DNA from: Candidatus Jordarchaeales archaeon
GTDB lineage: Archaea > Asgardarchaeota > Jordiarchaeia > Jordiarchaeales > Freyrarchaeaceae
Direction: 5' to 3'
Length of the DNA: 32,000 nt
Assembly (NCBI GenBank): GCA_038858525.1
Contig: JAWCFL010000010.1
Location: 30,001 to 62,000, forward strand
Each line of letters opens with the position of its first letter. Within the stretch, counting starts at the first letter, position 1. Shown one piece after another: positions 8,953-18,113 of the stretch. A program made the translations under genes and the position numbers. Under the pieces are notes generated by a model. It made no database searches. It saw only the letters and a list, made by a program, of their open reading frames with translations, and was not told where the DNA came from.

Positions 8953-10282
8953 AAAATTGATTGAGACAGAGATCCTCGTTATAGGTGGCGGAGTGGCTGG
9001 GCTACTAGCCGCAACCAAAGCTACAGACGAAAAATTGGAAGTGACGGTCATCGACAAGGGTTCAGGAGCCAGTTATCAGTCGTCTGGAGTAATTGACGTT
9101 ATGGGGTGCCCTCTGGGAGAAGCCACCTTAAAACCCATTGAGGGGATCGCTCAGGTAATCGAGTGTTCGCCGTCGCATCCATACTCTGTTATTTCGAGTG
9201 AGAGGAACGTAACTAACGTTATTAAGGACGCTATCAGATATCTAACGAGCATGGCTTCTAATCGTGGAGTCGAATTTAAAGGAGAAATTGAGAGAAACGT
9301 TGTTCTTCTAAATACCATTGGTAGTTTTAAGTTAACCTGTTTTTACCAATCAACGATGGACAGGGGAGTATTGCATAAATTGGAGGGGGCATCGTTACTC
9401 GTCACAGGCTTTAAGGGCTTAGTTGGATTTAACGCGCGCTTTTGCTCCTCTAGCTTCAAGCACTTCGCATCAAAATTTAACATTGAGCTAAGAAAGACGT
9501 CTAGTACTGAACTTTCGCTTCCAAGTTTAAGAGAATTCAACTTGACAATTATAGAATTAGCAAGAATGATGGATGAAGATGATTTCAGGAAAGATTTGGC
9601 TAAAAAACTGGAAACTGAAATAGCCGTAAATGACGTCTCACATGTAGCTCTCCCAACACTTGGACTAAAGAAGCCCTACGAAAACATGAGGATATTTGAG
9701 GAGGAGACGGGTACTAGCGTATTTGAACTTGTTTCGCCACCCCCATCGGTACCAGCCCAGAGACTAATGGAGGCGCTTGAAGAGGAAGCTATTGAAAGAG
9801 GCGTAAGAATTTTTAGAGGCTACAAAGCGGTTGGGTTTGAAGGGGAAGGAAGAAGCATTAAGAGCGTTACACTCGCGTCAGGAGAGAAGCGTTTTCCTGC
9901 AAAAGCTAAAGCCTACATTTTGGCTACGGGAAAATTCATCGGAGGAGGAATAGTAGAGGAAAGAGACAAAGTAAAGGAGACTGTGTTCAACTTGCCCTTA
10001 TACGATGAAAAAGGGGAGCCGCTCAAGAGACAAAATATTTCGCGGCTTCTCGCTAAGTCTCCCTTTCCACGAGAAGGACACCCCCTCATGGGGTGCGGAG
10101 TGAAAGTTAACGCCCAGATGAAGCCTGTGGTGAATGATGAAGTCGCATATGATAATCTTTTTGCTGCAGGATCAATAATTTCAGGCTACAATTACGTGAG
10201 GGAGAAAAGCGGTATGGGCGTCGCGGCAGTTACAGGCTACATAGCGGGGATGAACGCGGCAACACATGTAGAAGGCGGGTGA
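8939..10282 (+). CDS. glpB: Anaerobic glycerol-3-phosphate dehydrogenase subunit B-like (start probably TTG at 8957)
   Basis: GGGVAG, PPSVPAQRL, ILATGKFIGGG and NLFAAGSII...SGMGVA; lies between glpA and glpC. Confidence 0.85.
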   Translation: MRRSEKLIETEILVIGGGVAGLLAATKATDEKLEVTVIDKGSGASYQSSGVIDVMGCPLGEATLKPIEGIAQVIECSPSHPYSVISSERNVTNVIKDAIRYLTSMASNRGVEFKGEIERNVVLLNTIGSFKLTCFYQSTMDRGVLHKLEGASLLVTGFKGLVGFNARFCSSSFKHFASKFNIELRKTSSTELSLPSLREFNLTIIELARMMDEDDFRKDLAKKLETEIAVNDVSHVALPTLGLKKPYENMRIFEEETGTSVFELVSPPPSVPAQRLMEALEEEAIERGVRIFRGYKAVGFEGEGRSIKSVTLASGEKRFPAKAKAYILATGKFIGGGIVEERDKVKETVFNLPLYDEKGEPLKRQNISRLLAKSPFPREGHPLMGCGVKVNAQMKPVVNDEVAYDNLFAAGSIISGYNYVREKSGMGVAAVTGYIAGMNAATHVEGG

Positions 10283-11505
10283 GTTCTATGAGGAGGAAGG
10301 AGCTTGAACATATAGACAAGGTTCTCGCCGAGGAAAAAATAGTAGTTTTTTCTCCTTATGAGGATGAAATTTATAGTGAAATAGAAAAATGCCAGAATTG
10401 CTCTTTGTGCCTTACGTTTTGCCCCGTCTTCGAAGCTACAGGCGAGTTTTACCCTGGACCGCGGGGGATAGCTGACGAACTTTCTAGAGATGTAAGAGAA
10501 TTCTGGAGGGCGAGTAGTATAGTCTACATGTGCACTTTATGTGGCCGCTGCCAGGAAAGGTGCCCAGTTAACGTCCCAATACCTGAAGTAGTCATGCTTC
10601 TCAGGTCGAAAATATTCGTTCAGAGACCTGACCTTGTGCCAGAGGGACTTAAAGTTCTCCTAGAAAACGTTTCAAGGTACGGCTACATTTTTGAGCCCAT
10701 GAATCCTGAGGAAAGGGAGGAAAGTCTTAGGGGGAGACTGGAAAGGATCGGTTTACCTTTAAGAGGCGATCCGCCTCTTAGGAGTGGACTGGTAGCTTAC
10801 TTTCCGGGCTGTCAGGCTGAAACTAGGTTGCTTGAAGTTAAAGAGGCTGGGAAACTTGTTCTAGAAGCCTTCGACGTGGATTATGGGATCCCTGAAAAGT
10901 GGAAATGTTGCGGTCTTCCTGTAAGGTTGATTGGTGACTCAGCAATGGCTGACGAGCTTCAGCGTAGCTTTCTCGAAGAAATGGAGAGAATGAACGTGAC
11001 TGATGTTGTTGTTACTTGCGCGGGGTGCGCTTCGGAGTTAAAATCGGCAACTAAGCGGCTGGGTTCAGGCATCCGTGTAAGGCACCTAGTTGAGCTTCTT
11101 TTCGAAGAAGTAGGTGTTGAGACTATAAGCAGGAAAGCTCGTGTTAGCGACAAAGTTAAAGTTACGCTTCATGAGCCTTGCCATTTAAGCAGACACATTG
11201 GAAGGTATACTATCGATTACGCGGAGGAAATACTCAGGGCTTTGCCGAATGTTGATTACGTCGGCATGCGGGGGGCTGACGAGTGTTGCGGCGCTGGGGG
11301 ACTTCTTAAGTTTCACAATCCATTCGTTTCTGCAACTATAAGGAACAAAAAACTTGAGAAAATTTCAAGATCTGGAGCTGAGGTTGTGGTGGCTCCATGC
11401 CCTCTTTGCTCGGTCAACATATCCGAGGGGGCCGCTAGAAAAAGGGTTAGTGTTGGAGTGGATGACCTTGCAGTCTTCCTAGCTAGAAGGATATACTCGG
11501 AGTAG
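10279..11505 (+). CDS. glpC: GlpC-like Fe-S subunit (2x4Fe-4S plus two CCG domains)
   Basis: CQNCSLCLTFCP, CTLCGRCQERCP, YFPGC, KCCG, TCAGC, HEPCH, ECCGAGG and PCPLC. Confidence 0.82.
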   Translation: MSSMRRKELEHIDKVLAEEKIVVFSPYEDEIYSEIEKCQNCSLCLTFCPVFEATGEFYPGPRGIADELSRDVREFWRASSIVYMCTLCGRCQERCPVNVPIPEVVMLLRSKIFVQRPDLVPEGLKVLLENVSRYGYIFEPMNPEEREESLRGRLERIGLPLRGDPPLRSGLVAYFPGCQAETRLLEVKEAGKLVLEAFDVDYGIPEKWKCCGLPVRLIGDSAMADELQRSFLEEMERMNVTDVVVTCAGCASELKSATKRLGSGIRVRHLVELLFEEVGVETISRKARVSDKVKVTLHEPCHLSRHIGRYTIDYAEEILRALPNVDYVGMRGADECCGAGGLLKFHNPFVSATIRNKKLEKISRSGAEVVVAPCPLCSVNISEGAARKRVSVGVDDLAVFLARRIYSE

Positions 11506-11517
11506 GAGGTTTAAGTT

Positions 11518-12951
11518 TTGAGCAACAAGAAGTTGGGTGATTTCTGGAGGAACGTTGTCTATGAAGAGCTAGTCAGCATAGTGGGGCAAGAGAATGTTCA
11601 CTGCGATGACGCAGATTTACTTTGTTATTCACGCGACACGTGGCAGCTGACTGTCCCCTGGATTAAGGGGGGAGGAAAGCTTCCCGAACCTGACTTTATA
11701 GTACATCCTGAAAGCGCGGAGCAGGTATCGGAAATAGTTAAGTTAGCTAACAGATTCAAAATACCTCTTATACCCTTCGGGGGAGGAGCTGGAGTCTGTG
11801 GCGGAACGATCCCAGTCTATGGAGGAATCATAGTTGACCTAAAAAAAATGGACAAGATAGTTAGGGTTGACCACAAATCGCTACTAGTAACTGTTCAGCC
11901 GGGCATCCTAGGGGAGATTCTGGAAAGAGAACTGAACAGGATGGGTTACACGTTCCCTCACTACCCTGCATCCATGTATTGCTCAACGGTAGGCGGCTTC
12001 GTAGCTTGCCGCTCGGCAGGCTCGCTTTCATCCAAATATGGAAAAATAGAGGATATGGTTGTTGGGCTTGAAGTCGTCATACCAACAGGTGAGATAATAA
12101 GAATAAAACCTGTTCCCCGATCATCCACGGGGCCGGACTTAAAGCAATTATTCATAGGATCAGAAGGAACGCTTGGAATAATAACGGAGGTTACATTAAA
12201 GATAAAGCTTCTCCCAGAGGAAAGGAGATTCAGGGCATTCATATTCAAGGACCTTCATTCAGGGATAGAATCGGTCATTAAGATCTTCCGGAGAGGGCTG
12301 AAGCCATGTGTAATACGCCTCTACGACTATCTTGATGCGCAGTTCACCCTTAAAGGAAAAGCAGAGATCCCTGAGGGAGGCTCGTACTTAATATTGGGTT
12401 TCGACGGCATGAAAGAAATGGTTGATTTAGAGGAAAAAACGGCTACAAGGATTTGTTTGGATGAAGGAGGCGCCGAAGTGGACAGAGAACTAGCAGAGCA
12501 CTGGTGGAAACACAGGTATGACATGTACTACCCTGACGCTTTCAAGTCGTCTTATAGCATAATAGCCGACACTGTGGATGTTGCGGCACCATACGACAAG
12601 CTCGAAGAGCTCTACTGGACCATTAAAAGGACTGTTGAGTCGAGGAATCCAGGTGTGACCATGATGGCGCATTTCTCACACTTCTATGAGGATGGAGGTT
12701 CGATATACATGATCTTCTTCACTCAGCAGCAGAACCATGAAAAGGCAGTGAGAGTTTACAGCTCTGTTTGGAGAGACGCTCTAGAGGCATGTCTAAAAGT
12801 TGGCGGGACAATAAGCCACCACCATGGTGTAGGACTAGTTAGGGCGGGATGGATGCACAAGGAGCACGGAGACGCTTTTAGTGTTCTGAAGGCAATTAAA
12901 AGGGCATTGGACCCAAACAACATTATGAATCCCGGGAAGCTTGGACTATAA
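11518..12951 (+). CDS. FAD-linked oxidase (VAO family), alkyl-dihydroxyacetonephosphate-synthase (AGPS)-like
   Basis: PFGGGAGVCGG, STVGGFVA, SSKYGKIED, GSEGTLGIIT, HFSHFY...GGSIY, SHHHGVG (12814-12834) and MNPGK. Confidence 0.8.
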   Translation: MSNKKLGDFWRNVVYEELVSIVGQENVHCDDADLLCYSRDTWQLTVPWIKGGGKLPEPDFIVHPESAEQVSEIVKLANRFKIPLIPFGGGAGVCGGTIPVYGGIIVDLKKMDKIVRVDHKSLLVTVQPGILGEILERELNRMGYTFPHYPASMYCSTVGGFVACRSAGSLSSKYGKIEDMVVGLEVVIPTGEIIRIKPVPRSSTGPDLKQLFIGSEGTLGIITEVTLKIKLLPEERRFRAFIFKDLHSGIESVIKIFRRGLKPCVIRLYDYLDAQFTLKGKAEIPEGGSYLILGFDGMKEMVDLEEKTATRICLDEGGAEVDRELAEHWWKHRYDMYYPDAFKSSYSIIADTVDVAAPYDKLEELYWTIKRTVESRNPGVTMMAHFSHFYEDGGSIYMIFFTQQQNHEKAVRVYSSVWRDALEACLKVGGTISHHHGVGLVRAGWMHKEHGDAFSVLKAIKRALDPNNIMNPGKLGL

Positions 12952-12969
12952 GGAAAAGGGAGGCAAAGG

Positions 12970-14082
12970 ATGAGCGCAGACCCTATAGTTTTATGTGGAA
13001 TAGAATGTATGAAGATGTGCCGCTTTGTTTGTGTCGCCGCGAACCAGCTTAAGCTTGAAACGGTAACTCCCTACGGGAAATGCTTCTTAGCATACTACTT
13101 ACGCAAGGAAGCGATAACCGGAAGGGGAAGAGTTGCGGAGGCTATGTATCAGTGCGCGACTTGTGGTTTGTGTAAGGAGTGGTGTTTGCCGAAAGTTGAT
13201 ATTCCAGAAATAGTTAAGGAGGTAAGGGCGAAGCTAGTTAAAGATGGAAATGCTCCTGAGCCCACGCTCGAAATAGGCAAGAAGACGAAGAGCGAAAAGA
13301 ACCCCTATGGTGAGCCGCATGAGAAAAGATTCGCTGCACTTAACAAGAAAGGTAAAAGTAAAATGGGAAGCGTAGCTTACTTTGTCGGCTGCACCTCGGC
13401 TTACAGGCAGCTGAACATAGTAAATGCTATGGCTAAAATACTTGAACACACTGAGGGAGAATTCACATTAATAGATGATGAGTGGTGTTGCGGGGCTCCA
13501 CTTTTGTCGACGGGACATATAGAGCTGGCTAGTGAGCATGCTGAGCATAACAAGAAGGCGATCGAGGACTCAGGATGCAGCGTTGTCGTTACGTCATGCG
13601 CAGGATGCTACATGGCGCTCTCCCGGTATTACCCAAAAATGGGGTTCCCGCTAAAAGTCGAGGTCGTGCACCTAAGCCAGTACTTGTGGAGTGCGATAAG
13701 CGAGGGGAAACTTAAATTGAAAAAATCGGGGAAAGGTGGTGTGAAAGTGACTTATCATGATCCTTGCCATCTGGGGAGACACATGGGTGTCTACGACGAG
13801 CCGAGAAGCGTTCTGAGTAGCATACCTGGCGTTCAGCTTGTTGAAATGGATTGGAACAGGAGAAATTCGAAGTGTTGTGGTAGCGGCGGAGGGCTCCAGC
13901 TGAACTTTCAGGAGCTGGCTCGAAGGATAGGCATAGAGAGGATTAGTGAGGCCGTGGCGACAGGAGCAGAATTTTTAGTCACGGCATGCCCGTTCTGCAA
14001 AAATCAGCTTGAAAGCGTAGCGGAAGGAAAAATAAGGGTTTACGACCTCGCCGAAATAGTCGTTGAGCACTTGAAGGTCTAG
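12970..14082 (+). CDS. Fe-S oxidoreductase subunit (GlcF/GlpC/HdrD-like, CCG domains)
   Basis: CMKMCRFVC, CATCGLCKEWC, YFVGC, WCCG, SCAGC, YHDPCHLGR and KCCGSGGG. Confidence 0.82.
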   Translation: MSADPIVLCGIECMKMCRFVCVAANQLKLETVTPYGKCFLAYYLRKEAITGRGRVAEAMYQCATCGLCKEWCLPKVDIPEIVKEVRAKLVKDGNAPEPTLEIGKKTKSEKNPYGEPHEKRFAALNKKGKSKMGSVAYFVGCTSAYRQLNIVNAMAKILEHTEGEFTLIDDEWCCGAPLLSTGHIELASEHAEHNKKAIEDSGCSVVVTSCAGCYMALSRYYPKMGFPLKVEVVHLSQYLWSAISEGKLKLKKSGKGGVKVTYHDPCHLGRHMGVYDEPRSVLSSIPGVQLVEMDWNRRNSKCCGSGGGLQLNFQELARRIGIERISEAVATGAEFLVTACPFCKNQLESVAEGKIRVYDLAEIVVEHLKV

Positions 14083-15029
14083 GTGAAGAGGATTTCTGAA
14101 AGTTTCCTGAGCTTGTCTATTCCTCTTATTTCCGTTTCAAATAGAGGCACCTCAGTTATGTTAAAGTCGTCGTATATCTCTCTTATATCTTTCAAATTTT
14201 CCTGTTGCATCTGTCTTCTTGCACGGCAGAATGGACAGTTCGGCACGTCGGGATAGATCATGTTGACGATTATGTGATCGCATGGGATCTCGTATTCTAT
14301 TAGGGAGGAGAGGAGACGCTCAGTTTCGTAGATCGCCATGACTTCTGGGATCATTACTATCACGAAGGCTGTTTCATTAGGATCTTTAAGTGTCTCCTTA
14401 GCCACACCTATAGTCTCTTTTAGTTTCTCTAGGACATCAAGTGTCCTATCTTCTTCATCTCCCCGCCCAATGAGTCGCTTGAAGAGGCCTGTTAGTTTGC
14501 TCATGTAAACTCTGATTTTTATGAGGTTCACAACCCAGCTGTTCAATATGTCAGGCAGGCTTAGAAGACGCAGAGTGTGGCCCGTTGGAGCAGTATCGAA
14601 AACGACTAAGTCGTACTCAGGGTTTTCGATGAACTCGAGAACTTTCGCGAAAGCAATTGCTTCGTCGGTCCCTGGAGGAGTCATACTAGAGAGATCTCCG
14701 AGCTCCCGGAGAACCGATTGAGCCTGCTCTTCGAAATTCTCCGTCTCAGAGAGCTTTTTTCGATATTCTTCGAAGGCTTTTCTGGGGTCAAGCTCTAAAG
14801 CTGAAAGACCGCTACATCCTTCTACCTTCTTTATTTCTCCTCCTATTTGCTGGTCGAAACTATCACTTAAACTGTGAGCAGGATCAGTACTTATTATGAG
14901 GGTTTCTTTCCCATGCTCGGCTGCCCAGAGAGCTGACGCCGCAGAGCAACTAGTTTTACCTACACCGCCCTTCCCACCAAACAATAAGAAAGAAACACCC
15001 CGATCCTCCAAAAGGTCAGTTAAAGTCAA
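14079..15029 (-). CDS. Single-domain ArsA/Get3 (TRC40)-family ATPase
   Basis: GKGGVGKTS, STDPAHSLSD, PGTDEA, DTAPTGHTLRLL and a C-terminal CPFC (14226-14237). Confidence 0.9.
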   Translation of the reverse strand: MTLTDLLEDRGVSFLLFGGKGGVGKTSCSAASALWAAEHGKETLIISTDPAHSLSDSFDQQIGGEIKKVEGCSGLSALELDPRKAFEEYRKKLSETENFEEQAQSVLRELGDLSSMTPPGTDEAIAFAKVLEFIENPEYDLVVFDTAPTGHTLRLLSLPDILNSWVVNLIKIRVYMSKLTGLFKRLIGRGDEEDRTLDVLEKLKETIGVAKETLKDPNETAFVIVMIPEVMAIYETERLLSSLIEYEIPCDHIIVNMIYPDVPNCPFCRARRQMQQENLKDIREIYDDFNITEVPLFETEIRGIDKLRKLSEILFT

Positions 15030-15120
15030 ACGTTACACCGCCAATCGAGTTTTTGACTTTACTTCAAAAAAACAAGTAGGCACTTAAGAATGTTTCTGGC
15101 TCGAGTTGGACTTCAACTTT

Positions 15121-15444
15121 TTACCAGAATATGACGAGCCAGAGTAGAAACAGCACGACGCATCCCCCTATAAGGAAAGTAACAACCACTATGCGTGAAT
15201 ACTTCGCTTTTAAAGCACCCAGCACTAGAAAGACCAACGCTAGGCCACATAAGGCCATAAGACCATAAGGGGATGCTAAAAGAACCATGTTCGCGTAGTT
15301 TATGTAAAAGGGGAACAAGCCGTTCCAGTATGATTCCAGGATGTACCCTATGACGCATACAAAGCCGAGAAAAAGCAACGTTGCAAGACCGCCCACTTCA
15401 CTTCTTTGCTCTTCTTGATGCTCTTCTTGACTCAAAAACAGCAA
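15121..15444 (-). CDS. Small membrane protein (about 3 TM helices), function unknown
   Basis: 107 aa with a charged N-terminus and three hydrophobic segments; co-oriented with and 91 bp upstream of get3. Confidence 0.65.
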   Translation of the reverse strand: MLFLSQEEHQEEQRSEVGGLATLLFLGFVCVIGYILESYWNGLFPFYINYANMVLLASPYGLMALCGLALVFLVLGALKAKYSRIVVVTFLIGGCVVLFLLWLVIFW

Positions 15445-15549
15445 CCACCGGTCACAGTCATCTCAGAAGGCTACTTCCGTATTCTTCGATAAAAACACTT
15501 CGCAAGCATCTTCAAAAAATGATTTAAAGAAATTCGTGTAATTTTAGAA

Positions 15550-16287
15550 GTGGAAAAATTTTTAATGGTGGCTTTTCGGATGAGCGGGCTGATGACATTT
15601 CAGGGTTCGATGAGCCAAATGGCTTCCACTCTTTTAAGCGTAATGGGTATAGATCCACCTAGGAATATTCCGCCAAAAATTAATTTACCGGAAAAGTTCA
15701 CTTCGAAGCGTATTGTAACCATAATAATAGACAACTTTGGCCTGCTGGAATGCACATATTATAAGCCCCGTTTTATAATAGGCAAATCTGAGGCGATCAT
15801 AACGCTTGAATCCAAAAATCCGTATACGCCTCACGTTCTCAAGGAGATCGTTTATGGAGGGGACAGCTCTGACTTTAACCTATTCAGCTTTCTATCGTCT
15901 CTTGGAAAACGAGCTGTAATGATAGGTAGGAAGGAGGATCTCGCAGTAATAAACGGTAAGGGAGAACAGAAGGTGAGTGATTCAGACAACAAGAGCTACG
16001 TGGAAACCGTTAAGGTGCTTAACAGGACGGATTTTCTCTGGGTTCACTTTCTAGACTTTGAAGAGCTTTACAAGCAATACAGCTTCCAGCCTCCTAAGGA
16101 GACAGCCCAGAAACTCATCCTAAGAACTGACAGCTGGATAAAGGTGCTCTACAGACAGGTGCAACCAGACACTCTCATAACGATAATAGGAACATACGGT
16201 AGGACAGAGGCACCAATTACATATGAGGGAAAATACGCGACGTGGCAGAGGGCCAGTCTCCCTATAGCCCTCATAATCAAGAAGTGA
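15550..16287 (+). CDS. Alkaline-phosphatase-superfamily fold protein with degenerate metal site; true start may be a downstream ATG
   Basis: MASTLLSVMGI, RIVTIIIDNFG, DFLWVHFLDFEE and DTLITIIGTYG correspond to the core strands of the AlkP superfamily. Confidence 0.55.
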   Translation: MEKFLMVAFRMSGLMTFQGSMSQMASTLLSVMGIDPPRNIPPKINLPEKFTSKRIVTIIIDNFGLLECTYYKPRFIIGKSEAIITLESKNPYTPHVLKEIVYGGDSSDFNLFSFLSSLGKRAVMIGRKEDLAVINGKGEQKVSDSDNKSYVETVKVLNRTDFLWVHFLDFEELYKQYSFQPPKETAQKLILRTDSWIKVLYRQVQPDTLITIIGTYGRTEAPITYEGKYATWQRASLPIALIIKK

Positions 16288-16292
16288 AAAGA

Positions 16293-17597
16293 TCAGCAGG
16301 AGAGATGGGAGAAGTCCTTTCTTCCAAGTGCTTCGGATATCAACTTCATCGCGCAATACTCACCACACATGGTGCATACCGATTCCTTTGGAGAGTAACG
16401 TTCACGGAGGGAACGTGCCTTTTCAGGATCAATCGCGAGGCTAAGCTGTTTATCCCAATCCAAGTTCACTCTAGCCCTTGCCATTTCATCATCCCATTCA
16501 ACCACGTGACCACCGAGCTTCGCTATGTCAGCGACGTGAGCCGCTATCTTGGCAGCTATAACCCCCAGCTTGACGTCTTCTTCGCTGGGCAAGCCTAAAT
16601 GCTCTGCTGGGGTCACGTAGCACAGGAAGTCTGCTCCCTCTAGTGCCGCTATTGCTCCACCTATTGCTCCAACAATGTGGTCATAACCCGGAGCGACGTC
16701 AGTCACTAATGGTCCGAGAACATAGAATGGAGCTTCTTTGCACATGGCTTTTTGAAGCTTTATGTTTGCGGCGATCTCATGTATGGGCACATGGCCCGGC
16801 CCTTCAACTATAACTTGCACTCCTTTCTCTCTGGCTCTCTCAACTAGGTGTCCTATCGTTACCAGTTCGGATATCTGGGGTACATCTGTAGCGTCGTGAA
16901 TGCAGCCAGGCCTTAAACCATCACCTAAGCTTAGTGTCAAGTCGTACTCTTTAGCTATTTCAAGCAGGTAATCATAATTCTTGTAAAGTGGGTTTTCTTG
17001 GTCATGATGCAGTATCCAGGCAGCGTGGAATGTCCCGCCCCTACTCACCATCGGAATTATCCTTTTACTCTCAACAAGTTTTTTCACGTTTTCCTTAGTT
17101 ACGCCGACGTGAACGGTCACGAAGTCCACGCCGTCATCAGCGTGTTTCTTTATGGTGTTGAACATGTCGTCTTCATCCATGTCAACTATCGCACCTTTCT
17201 TCTTAACGGCCTCTATGCCTGCTTGGTATATGGGAACGGTGCCTACGGGAACATTAACCAACTTTAAGATCATTCTCCTTATACGGTCTATATCACCTCC
17301 CGTGCTGAGATCCATCAAAGTGTCAGCGCCATAATCAACGGCCACCTTAGCTTTCCTGAGCTCTAACTCGACATCGTAGATCTTGGGAGAAGATCCTATG
17401 TTAGCGTTGATCTTAGTTCTTAATCCTTTCCCTATACCTAGAGGCTTCACTTCGCGAACCACATTTCTCACTATGACTACTTCTCCCCTCCCCAGCCTTC
17501 TCGCCAACTTTTCTGGTGAGATTTTTTCCTCCTCAGCGACAGCCTTAACTTCATCTGTTAAAACTAACCGGTTCGCTGCTTCCATCCTTGTTGTCAA
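16293..17597 (-). CDS. thiC: Phosphomethylpyrimidine synthase; probable TTG start at 17597 (MTTRMEAA)
   Basis: KINANIG, MDLSTGG, VSRGG, LGDGLRPG, EGPGH, CYVTPAEHLGLP and CTMCGEYC. GGAGG lies 8 nt upstream of the TTG. Confidence 0.93.
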   Translation of the reverse strand: MTTRMEAANRLVLTDEVKAVAEEEKISPEKLARRLGRGEVVIVRNVVREVKPLGIGKGLRTKINANIGSSPKIYDVELELRKAKVAVDYGADTLMDLSTGGDIDRIRRMILKLVNVPVGTVPIYQAGIEAVKKKGAIVDMDEDDMFNTIKKHADDGVDFVTVHVGVTKENVKKLVESKRIIPMVSRGGTFHAAWILHHDQENPLYKNYDYLLEIAKEYDLTLSLGDGLRPGCIHDATDVPQISELVTIGHLVERAREKGVQVIVEGPGHVPIHEIAANIKLQKAMCKEAPFYVLGPLVTDVAPGYDHIVGAIGGAIAALEGADFLCYVTPAEHLGLPSEEDVKLGVIAAKIAAHVADIAKLGGHVVEWDDEMARARVNLDWDKQLSLAIDPEKARSLRERYSPKESVCTMCGEYCAMKLISEALGRKDFSHLSC

Positions 17598-17809
17598 AAG
17601 CAATTCCTCCAGAAAGAGAGACAAAGTCACCATTCATACTTCGACAGTCAATGTTTAAAAGGTTAACTTAGCTGGAGCTGCCAAAAGCACTCTGTTGAGT
17701 CAAGAATCGAGAAGTCTAGGAGAGATGTGACGGGCGGTTGGAGGGCAAGTTTTTTAAATGGTAGATATGCATTTTTTCGGTAAGCACGAGTATTAGAAGG
17801 GAGAATGTT

Positions 17810-18067
17810 ATGTCGGGAAGTCAGCCTCTCACAATATTACAAAAAGCGATTAATAACTTAATTTTAGTAAAATTGAAGGATGGAAGAACAATTCAAGGGA
17901 GACTTTCGAACATAGATGCCTACATGAACCTGTGCCTAACCAACGCTGAAGAGCTGGATGAAGACGGACCGATCGCCAGATACGGGGAAGTCTTCATTAG
18001 GGGAAACAACATACTCTTTATCAAGCCGGACTTAACAGAAGAATTCTCCTCCAAGGAAGAAAAATAG
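17810..18067 (+). CDS. Sm-like archaeal protein (SmAP/Lsm)
   Basis: Sm1 VKLKDG...G.L...DAYMNLCL and Sm2 GEVFIRGNNILFI. Confidence 0.92.
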   Translation: MSGSQPLTILQKAINNLILVKLKDGRTIQGRLSNIDAYMNLCLTNAEELDEDGPIARYGEVFIRGNNILFIKPDLTEEFSSKEEK

Positions 18068-18113
18068 ACGAATACAGATCGGACTGAGGATACCCTTCTT
18101 TCAAGTATGATGT

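Noticed and set aside
10760-10780. Perfect 9-bp hairpin TAAGAGGCG-ATC-CGCCTCTTA inside glpC as a second mRNA intron
   Set aside because: The frame is intact, no convincing 4-bp central helix or second bulge was found, and roughly one such hairpin is expected by chance in 32 kb.
14079-15029. Arsenite-efflux ArsA assignment
   Set aside because: Single ATPase domain, no arsB/acr3/arsC neighbours, and a Get3-type CxxC. The ArsR gene 6 kb away is not linked.
17598-17809. TPP riboswitch upstream of thiC
   Set aside because: The minus strand has no GCTGAGA or CCTGA core of the TPP aptamer.
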